Source: a virus
Lineage: Duplodnaviria > Heunggongvirae > Uroviricota > Caudoviricetes
Length of the DNA stretch: 38,078 bases
Direction: 5' to 3' (one strand)
Virus record (IMG/VR): IMGVR_UViG_2561511241_000002
The notes under the pieces are model-generated. The model saw only the letters and a program-made list of their open reading frames with translations. It made no database searches and was not told where the DNA came from. Both the position numbers and the translations under genes were made by a program. This document shows positions 1 through 9,000 of this stretch, piece after piece. Numbering within the stretch: position 1 is the stretch's first letter; each line of letters begins with the position of its first letter.

Positions 1-1017
1 TCACACTTCTAGCGTTGCGAGGGGGTTGAATCTCAGAGCCGTCTCAAGATGATCGGGTGCTAAATGGGCATAGCGCATAGTCATTTTTATATCGTGATGT
101 CCGAGGATTTTTTGCAAAGCAAGGATATTTCCACCCGACATCATGAAGTGCGCCGCAAACGTATGGCGCAGAACGTGTGTCAGTTGACCGCGAGGGAGCA
201 CGATAGACGTTTTTTCCATCACGGATAAAAATTGAAAATAGCAGTCTGTAAAGAAATTGAACCCATCAAGCGCCATGATCTCTTCGTAAAGCTCTTTACT
301 GATAGGGATGCTTCTGTTTTTCTTCCCCTTCGTTCTTACAAAGGTAATTCGGTATTTGGTCACTTGCGAGCGGGTAAGATTTATTGCTTCTCGCCAGCGT
401 GCGCCTGTGCTTAGGCATATCTTGACTACCAGTGCCAGAATTGGGTCCTGACGTTTGCAATCAGCCAGCAGTTCAACAATCTGCTCATGGGTAAGCCATG
501 CCATCTCTTTTTCTGCGATGGTGAATTTTCGCATGTTCTCCAGTGGGTTCGGATACGACCATTCGCCCAGGCGGGATAGTTCGCTAAAAACACTACTTAG
601 ATAGCTTTGCTCCAGGTTAATGGTGACCGGGCTTGCTCCTTTCTTCCATTTCTCGCTGAAGTAGATCTCACCTGTCAGGCGTTTATCTCGATAGTGGGCA
701 AACATTTTAGAGGTTAGATCAGTTGCAAGGGGATTGCCCAGAGCGTCAACCATCAACAGCAGTTTGTCATAGACATGCTGCCCAGCTGTCAGAGATTTAC
801 CATGTAGTTTGAACCATAGCTCAATCACGTCTTTCAATGTCCGACGATCCACTGATTCGCCCAGCCAGGGCTTTGCTTCGGTTTCTTCCATCGTGTGACG
901 CTCAAAAGCCAGAGCTTCGCCTTTGGTGGCGAATTGTTTACGCACACGACGTCCACTACGTCCGGCGGGGTAACATTCGCAAAGCCATTTTCCTGTAGTG
1001 AGTTTTCGTACTGCCAT
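1..1017 (-). CDS. int: tyrosine integrase (P2/186 family)
   Basis: ORF 1..1095 (-); likely start is internal Met (MAVRKLTTGKW...) at 1017; C-terminal tyrosine-recombinase signature ...LRHTFAAHFMMSGG...HHDIKMTMRYAHL. Stop codon occupies positions 1-3. Confidence 0.9.
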   Translation of the reverse strand: MAVRKLTTGKWLCECYPAGRSGRRVRKQFATKGEALAFERHTMEETEAKPWLGESVDRRTLKDVIELWFKLHGKSLTAGQHVYDKLLLMVDALGNPLATDLTSKMFAHYRDKRLTGEIYFSEKWKKGASPVTINLEQSYLSSVFSELSRLGEWSYPNPLENMRKFTIAEKEMAWLTHEQIVELLADCKRQDPILALVVKICLSTGARWREAINLTRSQVTKYRITFVRTKGKKNRSIPISKELYEEIMALDGFNFFTDCYFQFLSVMEKTSIVLPRGQLTHVLRHTFAAHFMMSGGNILALQKILGHHDIKMTMRYAHLAPDHLETALRFNPLATLEV

Positions 1018-1046
1018 AAAAAATGCCCTCCAGTAGAGAGCATTTT

Positions 1047-1066
1047 TACTGTATGTATAACCAGTG
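1047..1066. promoter_or_regulatory. LexA-box-like sequence (CTG-N10-CAG) upstream of int
   Basis: TACTGTATGTATAACCAGTG matches the E. coli SOS box consensus TACTGTATATATATACAGTA at 16/20 positions including both CTG/CAG arms. Confidence 0.3.
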
Positions 1067-1203
1067 TCAATGTATGAAATCCTGCGACCATACATCTCAC
1101 TGAAGCCATAATGAAGTTAGCTATTTTTTGCTATGTGAGTATGTGACTTTTGCGGTTAGCCTGCGGCTCATTGTTATATTAGGCGCAGATATAAAAGCAA
1201 AAT

Positions 1204-1395
1204 TTATCGCGAGTTTTTAGTACAGATTTTTTTTGATTTACTAATAGTTCCATCATTGCAAACGAACTTTCCATCGGAGGTACAGTGAGAGACACCTCCC
1301 TTTTTCCCAGAACAAGGATAATTTTTAGCATAGGTAGTTAGTGGGTTTAATAACAAAGAGCATGATAAAACCACAAAAAATACCTTACCAAGCAT
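1204..1395 (-). CDS. small secreted cysteine-containing protein (63 aa), cargo between cI and int
   Basis: ATG at 1395 preceded by strong SD (GGGAGGA); N-terminal signal peptide [23 protein letters not shown]; four Cys in the mature part; AT-rich relative to phage backbone. Confidence 0.6.
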   Translation of the reverse strand: MLGKVFFVVLSCSLLLNPLTTYAKNYPCSGKKGGVSHCTSDGKFVCNDGTISKSKKICTKNSR

Positions 1396-1410
1396 AGTTT
1401 CCTCCCGGTA

Positions 1411-1980
1411 TTACCTAACGTACTTAATTGTTAAACTTATAATTTTCCCAATTATTTCAACATCTTCTATCTTGCACTCGAAGGCTCTGTTTCCACCCTC
1501 GACGAAGATTCTTCCACCGGGTAAACGAGTAATGTCACGGATCGTTATTTCGCCATCAATACTTATTACCCATTTACCATCACGTATATCATCAAATTCC
1601 TTATCACAAATAAATTCAGAATTATTATCTGTGATTACAAAAAGATTCTTGAATGCCGACGGTAGAAATTCTCTATCGAAAATATAAAAACCGTCTTCAC
1701 ACAAGGCCCCATCAGATAATACATATTTAGCAACTTCCATAGTATTTGTATTACCTGAAGTTTGCTTTGAACCATGCCCGGTTGTGAGCCAATTAAGTGA
1801 GGTGCCTGTTTCAAGGGCGCACTGGATTACCCATTCTGCTGGGAATGAGTCACGCATGTAGCGTGTGGCGAGTGTACTTTTAGAGATTCCTAAATGATCG
1901 CACAACGCCTGTCGAGTCTTGAATCCATAAGCTTCTACCATGCGCTCTATAGCGCCTCGTCCGCCTTTCTCCAAATTCAT
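1411..1980 (-). CDS. cI: 186-type CI immunity repressor (about 189 aa)
   Basis: HTH segment RQALCDHLGISKSTLATRYMRD near N-terminus; length and position (between int and the divergent apl/cII genes) match phage 186 CI rather than the 99-aa P2 C. Start chosen at ATG 1980 (GGAG 5 nt upstream). Confidence 0.75.
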   Translation of the reverse strand: MNLEKGGRGAIERMVEAYGFKTRQALCDHLGISKSTLATRYMRDSFPAEWVIQCALETGTSLNWLTTGHGSKQTSGNTNTMEVAKYVLSDGALCEDGFYIFDREFLPSAFKNLFVITDNNSEFICDKEFDDIRDGKWVISIDGEITIRDITRLPGGRIFVEGGNRAFECKIEDVEIIGKIISLTIKYVR

Positions 1981-2009
1981 GGTCACTCCAAGTGAACTTT
2001 TATCTTGAC

Positions 2010-2085
2010 GATTTCACTGTGCGATCGTATGTTTATGGTGTTCACAAAATACAAACGATCCGTATTCGTCCTGATTAATCATCAT
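2010..2085. promoter_or_regulatory. lysis-lysogeny switch region with candidate rightward promoter and operator-like inverted repeat
   Basis: TTGACG ... TATGTT with about 17-nt spacing; imperfect inverted repeat GATCGTATGTTTAT...ATACAAACGATCCG between divergent cI and apl-like genes. Confidence 0.35.
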
Positions 2086-2105
2086 TAAACGAGGAATGTT
2101 GCATC

Positions 2106-2327
2106 ATGAGACCTAACATTTCAATCACTCTTACCACGCCTCATGTGACTATTGAACGCTATAGCGAGTTGACAGGGCTATCCATCGATACCATCAATGA
2201 CATGTTGGCTGATGGACGCCTTATCCGTCACCGTCTGCGCAAAGATAAAAAACGCGAAAAAGTGATGATCAACATAGCAGCAATGACCGTTGATGCGCTT
2301 TCAGAATGCAATCTAAACCTTAATTAG
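2106..2327 (+). CDS. Apl/Cox-like excisionase-regulator (73 aa)
   Basis: Small HTH protein ([26 protein letters not shown]) transcribed divergently from cI, first gene of the early operon. Confidence 0.6.
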   Translation: MRPNISITLTTPHVTIERYSELTGLSIDTINDMLADGRLIRHRLRKDKKREKVMINIAAMTVDALSECNLNLN

Positions 2328-2359
2328 TTCGATTCTGAAATACATCAGAGGCATTGACC

Positions 2360-2869
2360 ATGTTTGATTACCAAGTTTCCAAACATCCACATTTTGATGA
2401 AGCCTGTCGTGCATTCGCATTGCGCCACAACCTGGTGCAACTGGCAGAACGTGCTGGCATGAATGTGCAGATTCTGCGGAACAAGTTGAACCCAGCTCAA
2501 CCTCATTTATTAACCGCACCAGAAATCTGGCTGCTTACCGATCTGACTGAAGATTCAACGCTGGTAGATGGTTTTCTGGCTCAGATTCACTGCCTGCCAT
2601 GCGTACCGATTAATGAGGTGGCAAAAGAGAAACTGCCACATTACGTCATGAGTGCAACCGCAGAGATCGGGCGTGTTGCTGCAGGTGCGGTATCTGGCGA
2701 TGTAAAAACCAGTGCAGGTCGTCGTGATGCTATCAGCAGCATTAACTCTGTAACACGACTGATGGCGTTGGCTGCTGTTTCATTGCAGGCCCGTTTACAG
2801 GCTAACCCTGCGATGGCGAGTGCAGTTGATACCGTGACTGGCCTCGGTGCTTCATTCGGTTTGCTGTGA
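2360..2869 (+). CDS. cII: 186 CII-like transcription activator (169 aa)
   Basis: ATG at 2360; length and position after apl match 186 CII; HTH-like segment near N-terminus. Confidence 0.65.
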   Translation: MFDYQVSKHPHFDEACRAFALRHNLVQLAERAGMNVQILRNKLNPAQPHLLTAPEIWLLTDLTEDSTLVDGFLAQIHCLPCVPINEVAKEKLPHYVMSATAEIGRVAAGAVSGDVKTSAGRRDAISSINSVTRLMALAAVSLQARLQANPAMASAVDTVTGLGASFGLL

Positions 2870-2876
2870 GGTGCTT

Positions 2877-3077
2877 ATGCTGACGAAAGAACCATCATTT
2901 GCATCGCTGCTGGTAAAGCAAAGCCCGGCAATGCACTACGGTCACGGCTGGATCATGGGTGAGGATGGAAAACGCTGGCATCCGTGCCGTTCACAAGATG
3001 AATTGCTGGCAGAACTATCTACGAAAAAACGGGGGAACAAATGGCTATTGAAGGCGCTGCGGCGACTGTTCCATTAA
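2877..3077 (+). CDS. hypothetical early protein (66 aa)
   Basis: ATG 2877 with GAGG SD; part of rightward early operon. Confidence 0.45.
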   Translation: MLTKEPSFASLLVKQSPAMHYGHGWIMGEDGKRWHPCRSQDELLAELSTKKRGNKWLLKALRRLFH

Positions 3078-3382
3078 GACCCGGTGAACGCCTGAATGGA
3101 CTTAATCATATTGCGGAGTTAAGGGCGAAAGTTTTTGGTTTGAATATTGAGTCAGAGCTTGAGCGGTTTATTAAAGATATGCGTGATCCACGGGATATCA
3201 ATAATGAACAAAATAAACGGGCACTGGCTGCCATATTCTTTATGGCAAAAATTCCAGCTGAACGTCATAGCATCAGCATTAATGAGCTGACCACTGACGA
3301 AAAGCGGGAGTTGATTAAAGCAATGAATCATTTTCGTGCAGTGGTGAGCTTATTTCCCAGACGGCTAACCATGCCGAATTAA
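3041..3382 (+). CDS. hypothetical early protein (113 aa)
   Basis: ATG 3041 preceded by GGGGA; overlaps upstream gene by 37 nt in another frame. Confidence 0.5.
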   Translation: MAIEGAAATVPLRPGERLNGLNHIAELRAKVFGLNIESELERFIKDMRDPRDINNEQNKRALAAIFFMAKIPAERHSISINELTTDEKRELIKAMNHFRAVVSLFPRRLTMPN

Positions 3383-3449
3383 CCAACTAATGAAATTAAT
3401 GGCGTAAACCCGCCGGGCATCCCTTTATCTAAATTCAGGAGAATTGCTT

Positions 3450-3683
3450 ATGCGTAATATTGAAACCCTCACGACCAAAACCGGACCGGATGATGCAGGT
3501 CTTAATCTTTTACTGACAGAGGCTCGTCTGGAAGAACGCCGGGCAAGGGCTGAAGCAATGGCTGCTCGCCTCGATAGCCTGGCGTGTCATATCACCTCCC
3601 GCCAGCTAAACCACGTCGAAGCGGCAGAACTGCTGCGTGTGACTGCTGAAGCAATCCAGAACGAAGCGCAGGAGATCCACTGA
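3450..3683 (+). CDS. hypothetical early protein (77 aa)
   Basis: ATG 3450 preceded by AGGAGA; coiled-coil-like, Ala/Arg/Glu-rich. Confidence 0.5.
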   Translation: MRNIETLTTKTGPDDAGLNLLLTEARLEERRARAEAMAARLDSLACHITSRQLNHVEAAELLRVTAEAIQNEAQEIH

Positions 3684-3910
3684 TGGCTGATGCAATGGAT
3701 CTCGTACAGCTGCGCGTTGAAGAAGAACGCCAACGCCATATCCGTGCTGCCCGTTCCAAAACGCCGGGCGTGTCCCGCGTGCTTTGCGTTGAGTGTGAAG
3801 CGCCAATTCCGCCAGCACGCCGCCGTGCCATTCCTGGAGTGCAGCTTTGCATTACCTGCCAGGAAATCGTAGAGCTGAAAGGCAAACATTACAACGGAGG
3901 TGCTGTATGA
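3683..3910 (+). CDS. TraR/DksA-family C4 zinc-finger protein (75 aa)
   Basis: CVECEAPIPPARRRAIPGVQLCITCQE: C-x2-C ... C-x2-C zinc finger typical of phage TraR-like proteins. Confidence 0.7.
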   Translation: MADAMDLVQLRVEEERQRHIRAARSKTPGVSRVLCVECEAPIPPARRRAIPGVQLCITCQEIVELKGKHYNGGAV

Positions 3911-4761
3911 GCACCATCCTGAAATGGGCGGGTAATAAAACCGCCATTATGTCCGAACTGAAAAAATACCTTCCTGCTGGCCCGCGACTGGTTGAACCTT
4001 TCGCGGGTTCTTGTGCTGTGATGATGGCGACGGATTACCCCAGCTATCTGGTTGCGGATATTAATCCTGATTTAATCAACCTCTATAAAAAGATTGCCGC
4101 TGATTGCGAAGCGTTTATATCTCGTGCCAAAGTTTTATTTGAGGAAGCAAACAGTGAGCTGGCTTATTACAACATAAGACAGGAGTTTAATTACTCAACT
4201 GAAATTACTGATTTCATGAAGGCGATATATTTCCTGTATCTCAATCGTCACGGTTACCGTGGTTTATGTCGCTATAACAAGAGCGGGCATTTCAACATTC
4301 CCTACGGTAATTATAAAAATCCGTATTTCCCTGAAAAAGAAATTCGCGCATTTGCAGAAAAAGCCCAGCGGGCAACGTTTATCTGCGCCAGCTTTGATGA
4401 AACGCTGGCGATGTTGAAGGCGGGGGATGTGGTGTATTGCGATCCGCCGTATGACGGTACGTTTTCCGGCTATCACACTGATGGTTTCACTGAAGATGAC
4501 CAGTATCACCTGGCATCCGTTCTTGAACATCGAGCATCTGAAGGACATCCGGTCATTGTTTCTAACAGTGACACGTCTTTGACCCGGTCTCTTTATCGTA
4601 ATTTCACTCACCACTACATCAGGGCGAAACGCAGCATCGGCGTTGCAGCGGGGGAGGGAAAATTTGCAACAGAGATGATTGCCACTAAATCTGCTAATTG
4701 GTTTAGTGCCGATTTTAGTAGGGGACGTGACTCTACTGTTATTTTCGGGGTGCAAGTGTGA
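3907..4761 (+). CDS. dam: DNA adenine methyltransferase (Dam-like, N6-A MTase)
   Basis: N-terminal [11 protein letters not shown]-binding motif and catalytic DPPY motif (CDPPYDGT); ATG 3907 overlaps the TraR-like stop (ATGA). Confidence 0.85.
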   Translation: MSTILKWAGNKTAIMSELKKYLPAGPRLVEPFAGSCAVMMATDYPSYLVADINPDLINLYKKIAADCEAFISRAKVLFEEANSELAYYNIRQEFNYSTEITDFMKAIYFLYLNRHGYRGLCRYNKSGHFNIPYGNYKNPYFPEKEIRAFAEKAQRATFICASFDETLAMLKAGDVVYCDPPYDGTFSGYHTDGFTEDDQYHLASVLEHRASEGHPVIVSNSDTSLTRSLYRNFTHHYIRAKRSIGVAAGEGKFATEMIATKSANWFSADFSRGRDSTVIFGVQV

Positions 4762-4766
4762 AAGAA

Positions 4767-5588
4767 ATGCACCACGGAATTCATCATTTCCATGGGACGC
4801 CTGTCTGGGGAAGTGCTGGCGACGTTCATCGTATTGCGGTGAGCGGAGCTGGCGCTTTCGTCTCCTATGTACGACCAGATCAGATTGCGGCGTCCATTCA
4901 GCACGCTCAGGTCGTCGGCATTGATAACGGCGCATTTTCTGCATGGGTGCGTGGGCTAAAAATTAACTGGAGTGATTTTTATAAATGGCTCCTGAACTAT
5001 TACCACCATCCTAAGGTCGCTTTTTTTGTCATTCCTGATGTTGTAGACGGCGGTGAACGTGACAATGATGCCCTGATAAACGAAGTTCCGAAAATGTTCT
5101 ACGGGAAGGCAACTCCCGTCTGGCATCTGCACGAGTCAATCGATCGGCTTATCGAGCTATGTCGTGAATGGCCTCGTGTCTGCTTTGGATCGTCTGGTGA
5201 ATATGCGGCTATCAGAACTGCGCACTGGCATCGTCGTATGCAGGACGCTTTTGAAGCAATTTATTGCCGACACAATTTCAAAACAGCTGTTCATGGTTTG
5301 CGCATGCTTGACGGTCGTGTGTTGGGAAATTACCCACTGGCGACTGCCGACAGTACAAATCTTGCCTGCAATGTCCCCAAATTTAATAGCAAATATCCTG
5401 AGCTTACGCGGGCTATTCAGGAGGCTGAGTATTCGCGCAATCTGACGGAAAAGGAGCTGAAAGCTGTCATTCTGAAAAACCGTTGCGCAATTTTAAAAGG
5501 TGCAATTGAAGCTGTTCGCCCACCTTCAGTTTCTGATTGGCTGTCGAATGGTTTGCAGCCTTCACAGCTCGAACTGGAGATTGCGTAA
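4767..5588 (+). CDS. conserved hypothetical protein, translationally coupled to dam (alternative GTG start at 4758)
   Basis: ORF 4758..5588; start overlaps dam stop; its stop overlaps the A start (TAATG). No motif I can assign. Confidence 0.55.
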   Translation: MHHGIHHFHGTPVWGSAGDVHRIAVSGAGAFVSYVRPDQIAASIQHAQVVGIDNGAFSAWVRGLKINWSDFYKWLLNYYHHPKVAFFVIPDVVDGGERDNDALINEVPKMFYGKATPVWHLHESIDRLIELCREWPRVCFGSSGEYAAIRTAHWHRRMQDAFEAIYCRHNFKTAVHGLRMLDGRVLGNYPLATADSTNLACNVPKFNSKYPELTRAIQEAEYSRNLTEKELKAVILKNRCAILKGAIEAVRPPSVSDWLSNGLQPSQLELEIA

Positions 5589-7960
5589 TGAACTACAGCT
5601 ATTCCTGGAATGCTGAGAAAAAAGCAATCAATCCTTACGTAGGGACAGAAGAGCAATCTTCAGTTTCTGCGCTTTCAAACCTGATCGCTCTGTACGCTGC
5701 CGATAACGAGCAGGAACACCTGCGCCGCGAGGTACTGAGTGATCAGGTCTGGGAGCGTTATTTCTTTAATGAATCCCGTGATCCTGTCCAGCGCGAAATG
5801 GAGCAGGATAAGCTCATTAGTCGGGCAAAGCTGGCGCATGAGCAGCAGCGTTTTAATCCAGATATGGTCATTCTGGCGGACGTCAATGCCCAGCCTTCCC
5901 ATATCAGCAAGCCGCTGATGCAACGTATTGAATACTTCAGCAGCCTGGGCAGGCCAAAGGCTTATTCCCGCTATTTGCGTGAGACGATTAAGCCATGTCT
6001 GGAACGACTGGAGCATGTACGCGACAGTCAGCTATCCGCTTCTTTTCGCTTTATGGCAAGCCATGAAGGGCTGGATGGCCTGCTTATCCTGCCTGAAATG
6101 AGTCAGGATCAGGTGAAGCGCCTGTCTACCCTTGTCGCTGCGCATATGAGCATGTGCCTTGATGCAGCTTGTGGTGATTTGTATGCCACCGATGACGTTA
6201 AGCCAGAAGAAATCCGCAAGACATGGGAAAAGGTGGCAGCGGAAACCCTGCGTCTGGATGTTATCCCGCCTGCGTTTGAGCAACTCCGTCGGAAAAGAAA
6301 CCGCCGTAAACCCGTGCCCTATGAACTCATTCCGGGTTCGCTGGCGCGTATGTTGTGCGCCGACTGGTGGTACCGGAAATTATGGAAGATGCGTTGCGAA
6401 TGGCGGGAAGAGCAGTTGCGCGCTGTCTGCCTGGTCAGCAAAAAAGCATCTCCTTATGTCAGCTATGAAGCCGTGATGCATAAACGTGAGCAGCGCCGTA
6501 AGTCGCTGGAGTTTTTCCGTTCTCATGAACTGGTGAACGAAGACGGCGACACGCTGGACATGGAGGATGTGGTAAACGCCAGCAGCAGCAACCCTGCGCA
6601 TCGCCGCAATGAGATGATGGCCTGTGTTAAAGGTCTGGAGCTTATCGCGGAAATGCGCGGTGACTGCGCCGTTTTCTACACCATCACCTGTCCGTCACGT
6701 TTCCATTCCACGCTAAATAACGGCAGGCCCAACCCAACCTGGACAAATGCGACGGTAAGACAAAGTAGTGATTACCTGGTCGGCATGTTTGCTGCATTTC
6801 GTAAGGCGATGCACAAAGCCGGATTGCGCTGGTATGGCGTGCGGGTGGCTGAGCCGCATCATGACGGTACAGTTCACTGGCACCTGTTGTGTTTTATGCG
6901 CAAAAAAGACCGCCGCGCCATCACTGCATTACTGCGTAAGTTTGCCATCCGTGAAGACCGCGAGGAGCTGGGCAATAACACTGGGCCGCGCTTTAAGTCT
7001 GAGTTGATTAACCCGCGCAAAGGTACGCCAACAAGCTACATCGCGAAATACATCAGTAAGAACATTGACGGGCGTGGTCTGGCTGGCGAGATCAGCAAGG
7101 AAACGGGGAAATCCCTGCGTGATAATGCTGAATACGTTAATGCCTGGGCGTCTCTGCATCGTGTTCAGCAATTCCGCTTCTTTGGCATTCCGGGGCGTCA
7201 GGCTTACCGTGAACTGCGATTGCTGGCTGGTCAGGCGGCAAGGCAACAGGGGGACAAAAAAGCAGGTGCGCCGGTACTGGATAACCCGCGCCTTGATGCA
7301 ATCCTGGCTGCTGCTGATGCTGGTTGTTTTGCCACCTACATCATGAAGCAGGGCGGCGTACTGGTTCCCCGCAAATATCACCTGATCAGAACCGCTTATG
7401 AAATCAACGAAGAGCCGACCGCCTATGGCGATCACGGCATTCGTATTTATGGCATCTGGTCACCCATTGCAGAGGGCAAGATCTGCACTCATGCAGTGAA
7501 GTGGAAAATGGTTCGTAAGGCCGTTGACGTTCAGGAGGCGGCAGCCGACCAGGGCGCTTGCGCCCCTTGGACTCGTGGCAATAACTGTCCCCTTGCTGAA
7601 AATTTGTACCAACAAGGGAAAGACAAATCAGCTGATGGGGATACCAGAACGGATATCACCCGCATGGATGACAAGGAATTGCACGATTACCTGCACAGTA
7701 TGAACAAAAAAGAGCGCCGGGAACTGGCTGCAAGGTTACGCCTGGTGAAACCGAAACGGCGTAGAGACTACAAACAGCGAATTACAGATCATCAGCGACA
7801 GCAGCTCGTCTATGAACTGAAGTCCAGAGGATTTGATGGCAGCGAGAAAGAGGTCGATTTACTCCTTCGCGGTGGCAGTATTCCGTCAGGAGCAGGCCTG
7901 CGTATCTTCTATCGGAACCAGCGTTTGCAGGAAGATGATAAGTGGCGGGATCTGTATTAA
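5588..7960 (+). CDS. A: replication initiation endonuclease (P2 gpA family, rolling-circle)
   Basis: 790 aa; HUH-like motif VHWHLLCF and paired active-site tyrosines in [10 protein letters not shown] as in P2 A. Confidence 0.9.
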   Translation: MNYSYSWNAEKKAINPYVGTEEQSSVSALSNLIALYAADNEQEHLRREVLSDQVWERYFFNESRDPVQREMEQDKLISRAKLAHEQQRFNPDMVILADVNAQPSHISKPLMQRIEYFSSLGRPKAYSRYLRETIKPCLERLEHVRDSQLSASFRFMASHEGLDGLLILPEMSQDQVKRLSTLVAAHMSMCLDAACGDLYATDDVKPEEIRKTWEKVAAETLRLDVIPPAFEQLRRKRNRRKPVPYELIPGSLARMLCADWWYRKLWKMRCEWREEQLRAVCLVSKKASPYVSYEAVMHKREQRRKSLEFFRSHELVNEDGDTLDMEDVVNASSSNPAHRRNEMMACVKGLELIAEMRGDCAVFYTITCPSRFHSTLNNGRPNPTWTNATVRQSSDYLVGMFAAFRKAMHKAGLRWYGVRVAEPHHDGTVHWHLLCFMRKKDRRAITALLRKFAIREDREELGNNTGPRFKSELINPRKGTPTSYIAKYISKNIDGRGLAGEISKETGKSLRDNAEYVNAWASLHRVQQFRFFGIPGRQAYRELRLLAGQAARQQGDKKAGAPVLDNPRLDAILAAADAGCFATYIMKQGGVLVPRKYHLIRTAYEINEEPTAYGDHGIRIYGIWSPIAEGKICTHAVKWKMVRKAVDVQEAAADQGACAPWTRGNNCPLAENLYQQGKDKSADGDTRTDITRMDDKELHDYLHSMNKKERRELAARLRLVKPKRRRDYKQRITDHQRQQLVYELKSRGFDGSEKEVDLLLRGGSIPSGAGLRIFYRNQRLQEDDKWRDLY

Positions 7961-8052
7961 TTACGCGGGTTAACAATTCGTGCTCTTAATAATACCAGGC
8001 ATACCAGGCTGATGAACGTAAAAAAACGTTTTACATCAGTAAGATTATTATA

Positions 8053-8087
8053 TACTGTAAATATAAACAGTGGTTATGTATACAGTA
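8053..8087 (+). promoter_or_regulatory. SOS operator: tandem LexA boxes overlapping the promoter of the DinI-like operon
   Basis: Box 1 TACTGTAAATATAAACAGTG (perfect CTGT-N8-ACAG) at 8053-8072; overlapping weaker box CAGTGGTTATGTATACAGTA at 8068-8087; TTTACA/TATACT promoter-like hexamers just upstream. Confidence 0.65.
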
Positions 8088-8112
8088 TTGCTTTGGTGTC
8101 ATAGGAGGAAAG

Positions 8113-8301
8113 ATGCAGGACTATTTTTTGGAGTCTTTGAAGCTCCAGCGCATTGATTTTTTTCTTAAGCTTGTAGCGGCTAGTGAGTGTAGTGATGAAG
8201 AGAAGGGGCTGGCCCTGCAGTGGGTTTCTGAACTGACAGATGAACTCATGGCAAAAATCAGAACCCATGAATACAACCGCTCAATGGATGTCATCAGCTG
8301 A
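8113..8301 (+). CDS. hypothetical protein (62 aa), first gene of SOS-regulated operon
   Basis: ATG 8113 preceded by AGGAGGA; may correspond to the N-terminal part of a 186 Tum-like antirepressor, here as a separate ORF. Confidence 0.5.
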   Translation: MQDYFLESLKLQRIDFFLKLVAASECSDEEKGLALQWVSELTDELMAKIRTHEYNRSMDVIS

Positions 8302-8311
8302 GGTGACTTTT

Positions 8312-8545
8312 ATGCGCATTGAAATAATGATCGATAAAGAGCAGAAGATTAGCCAGTCTACACTGGACGCCCTTGAATCCGAGCTTTACCGCAATCTGCG
8401 CCCCCTGTATCCCAAAACGGTAATTCGTATCCGCAAAGGTAGCTCTAACGGTGTGGAACTGACCGGACTGCAACTGGACGAAGAAAGAAAACAAGTGATG
8501 AAAATTATGCAGAAGGTCTGGGAGGACGACAGCTGGTTACACTAG
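8312..8545 (+). CDS. DinI-family protein (77 aa)
   Basis: MRIEIMIDK...DALESEL...VWEDDSWLH parallels E. coli DinI (MRIEVTIAK...WESADDW); ATG 8312 with GAGGTG SD. Confidence 0.8.
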   Translation: MRIEIMIDKEQKISQSTLDALESELYRNLRPLYPKTVIRIRKGSSNGVELTGLQLDEERKQVMKIMQKVWEDDSWLH

Positions 8546-8551
8546 CGAACG

Positions 8552-8586
8552 TTGCGGACGATAAAACTGGTTTTTATCGTCCGCAA
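8552..8586. terminator. perfect 15-bp-arm palindrome (hairpin) after the DinI-like gene
   Basis: TTGCGGACGATAAAA-ctggt-TTTTATCGTCCGCAA; no clean U-tract, so terminator versus protein-binding site is unresolved. Confidence 0.4.
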
Positions 8587-9000
8587 GGTTGAACAACGAG
8601 CCGCGTGAGGCGTTAGAAACGGGTAGTGAAAAGTGATTTAAGAATGCCTTGTTCCCCTGAAACTTTGGCCTATGCAACAACATTCGACAGCTTTCTTGAT
8701 TATCATAAGTAACTTGAAGTTTAGGGACGATTCTGATGGTATACGTGAAAAATGTATCGTGTGTTGCTTTGGCAAAAAGGAGTTTTAGTGGACAACGGCT
8801 CAATCACCTTCTTTGATATTACTGCTTGTGGGTTTTATCGTTTAAAGAATAAACCCGAAGAGCTTGATTATAAATTCGGCGATCTTATGGGGGTTTTGGA
8901 CGATTTAGAAGGGTGACTCAAGGATAAAAATTTTGAGCAGACTCTCCCATGGAATAAAGAAGAACAACCTCTGCGAACACGAGTTTACAGTCGAGGCCTT

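Noticed and set aside
3587-3889. Several minus-strand ORFs (3587..3889, 3592..3885, 3606..3818) antisense to the TraR-like/early genes
   Set aside because: Overlap well-supported plus-strand genes in a GC-rich stretch; no SD or independent support; typical shadow ORFs.
8537-8803. 88-aa minus-strand ORF spanning the palindrome upstream of the cargo operon
   Set aside because: Runs through a perfect palindrome and promoter-like region; no SD; likely spurious.
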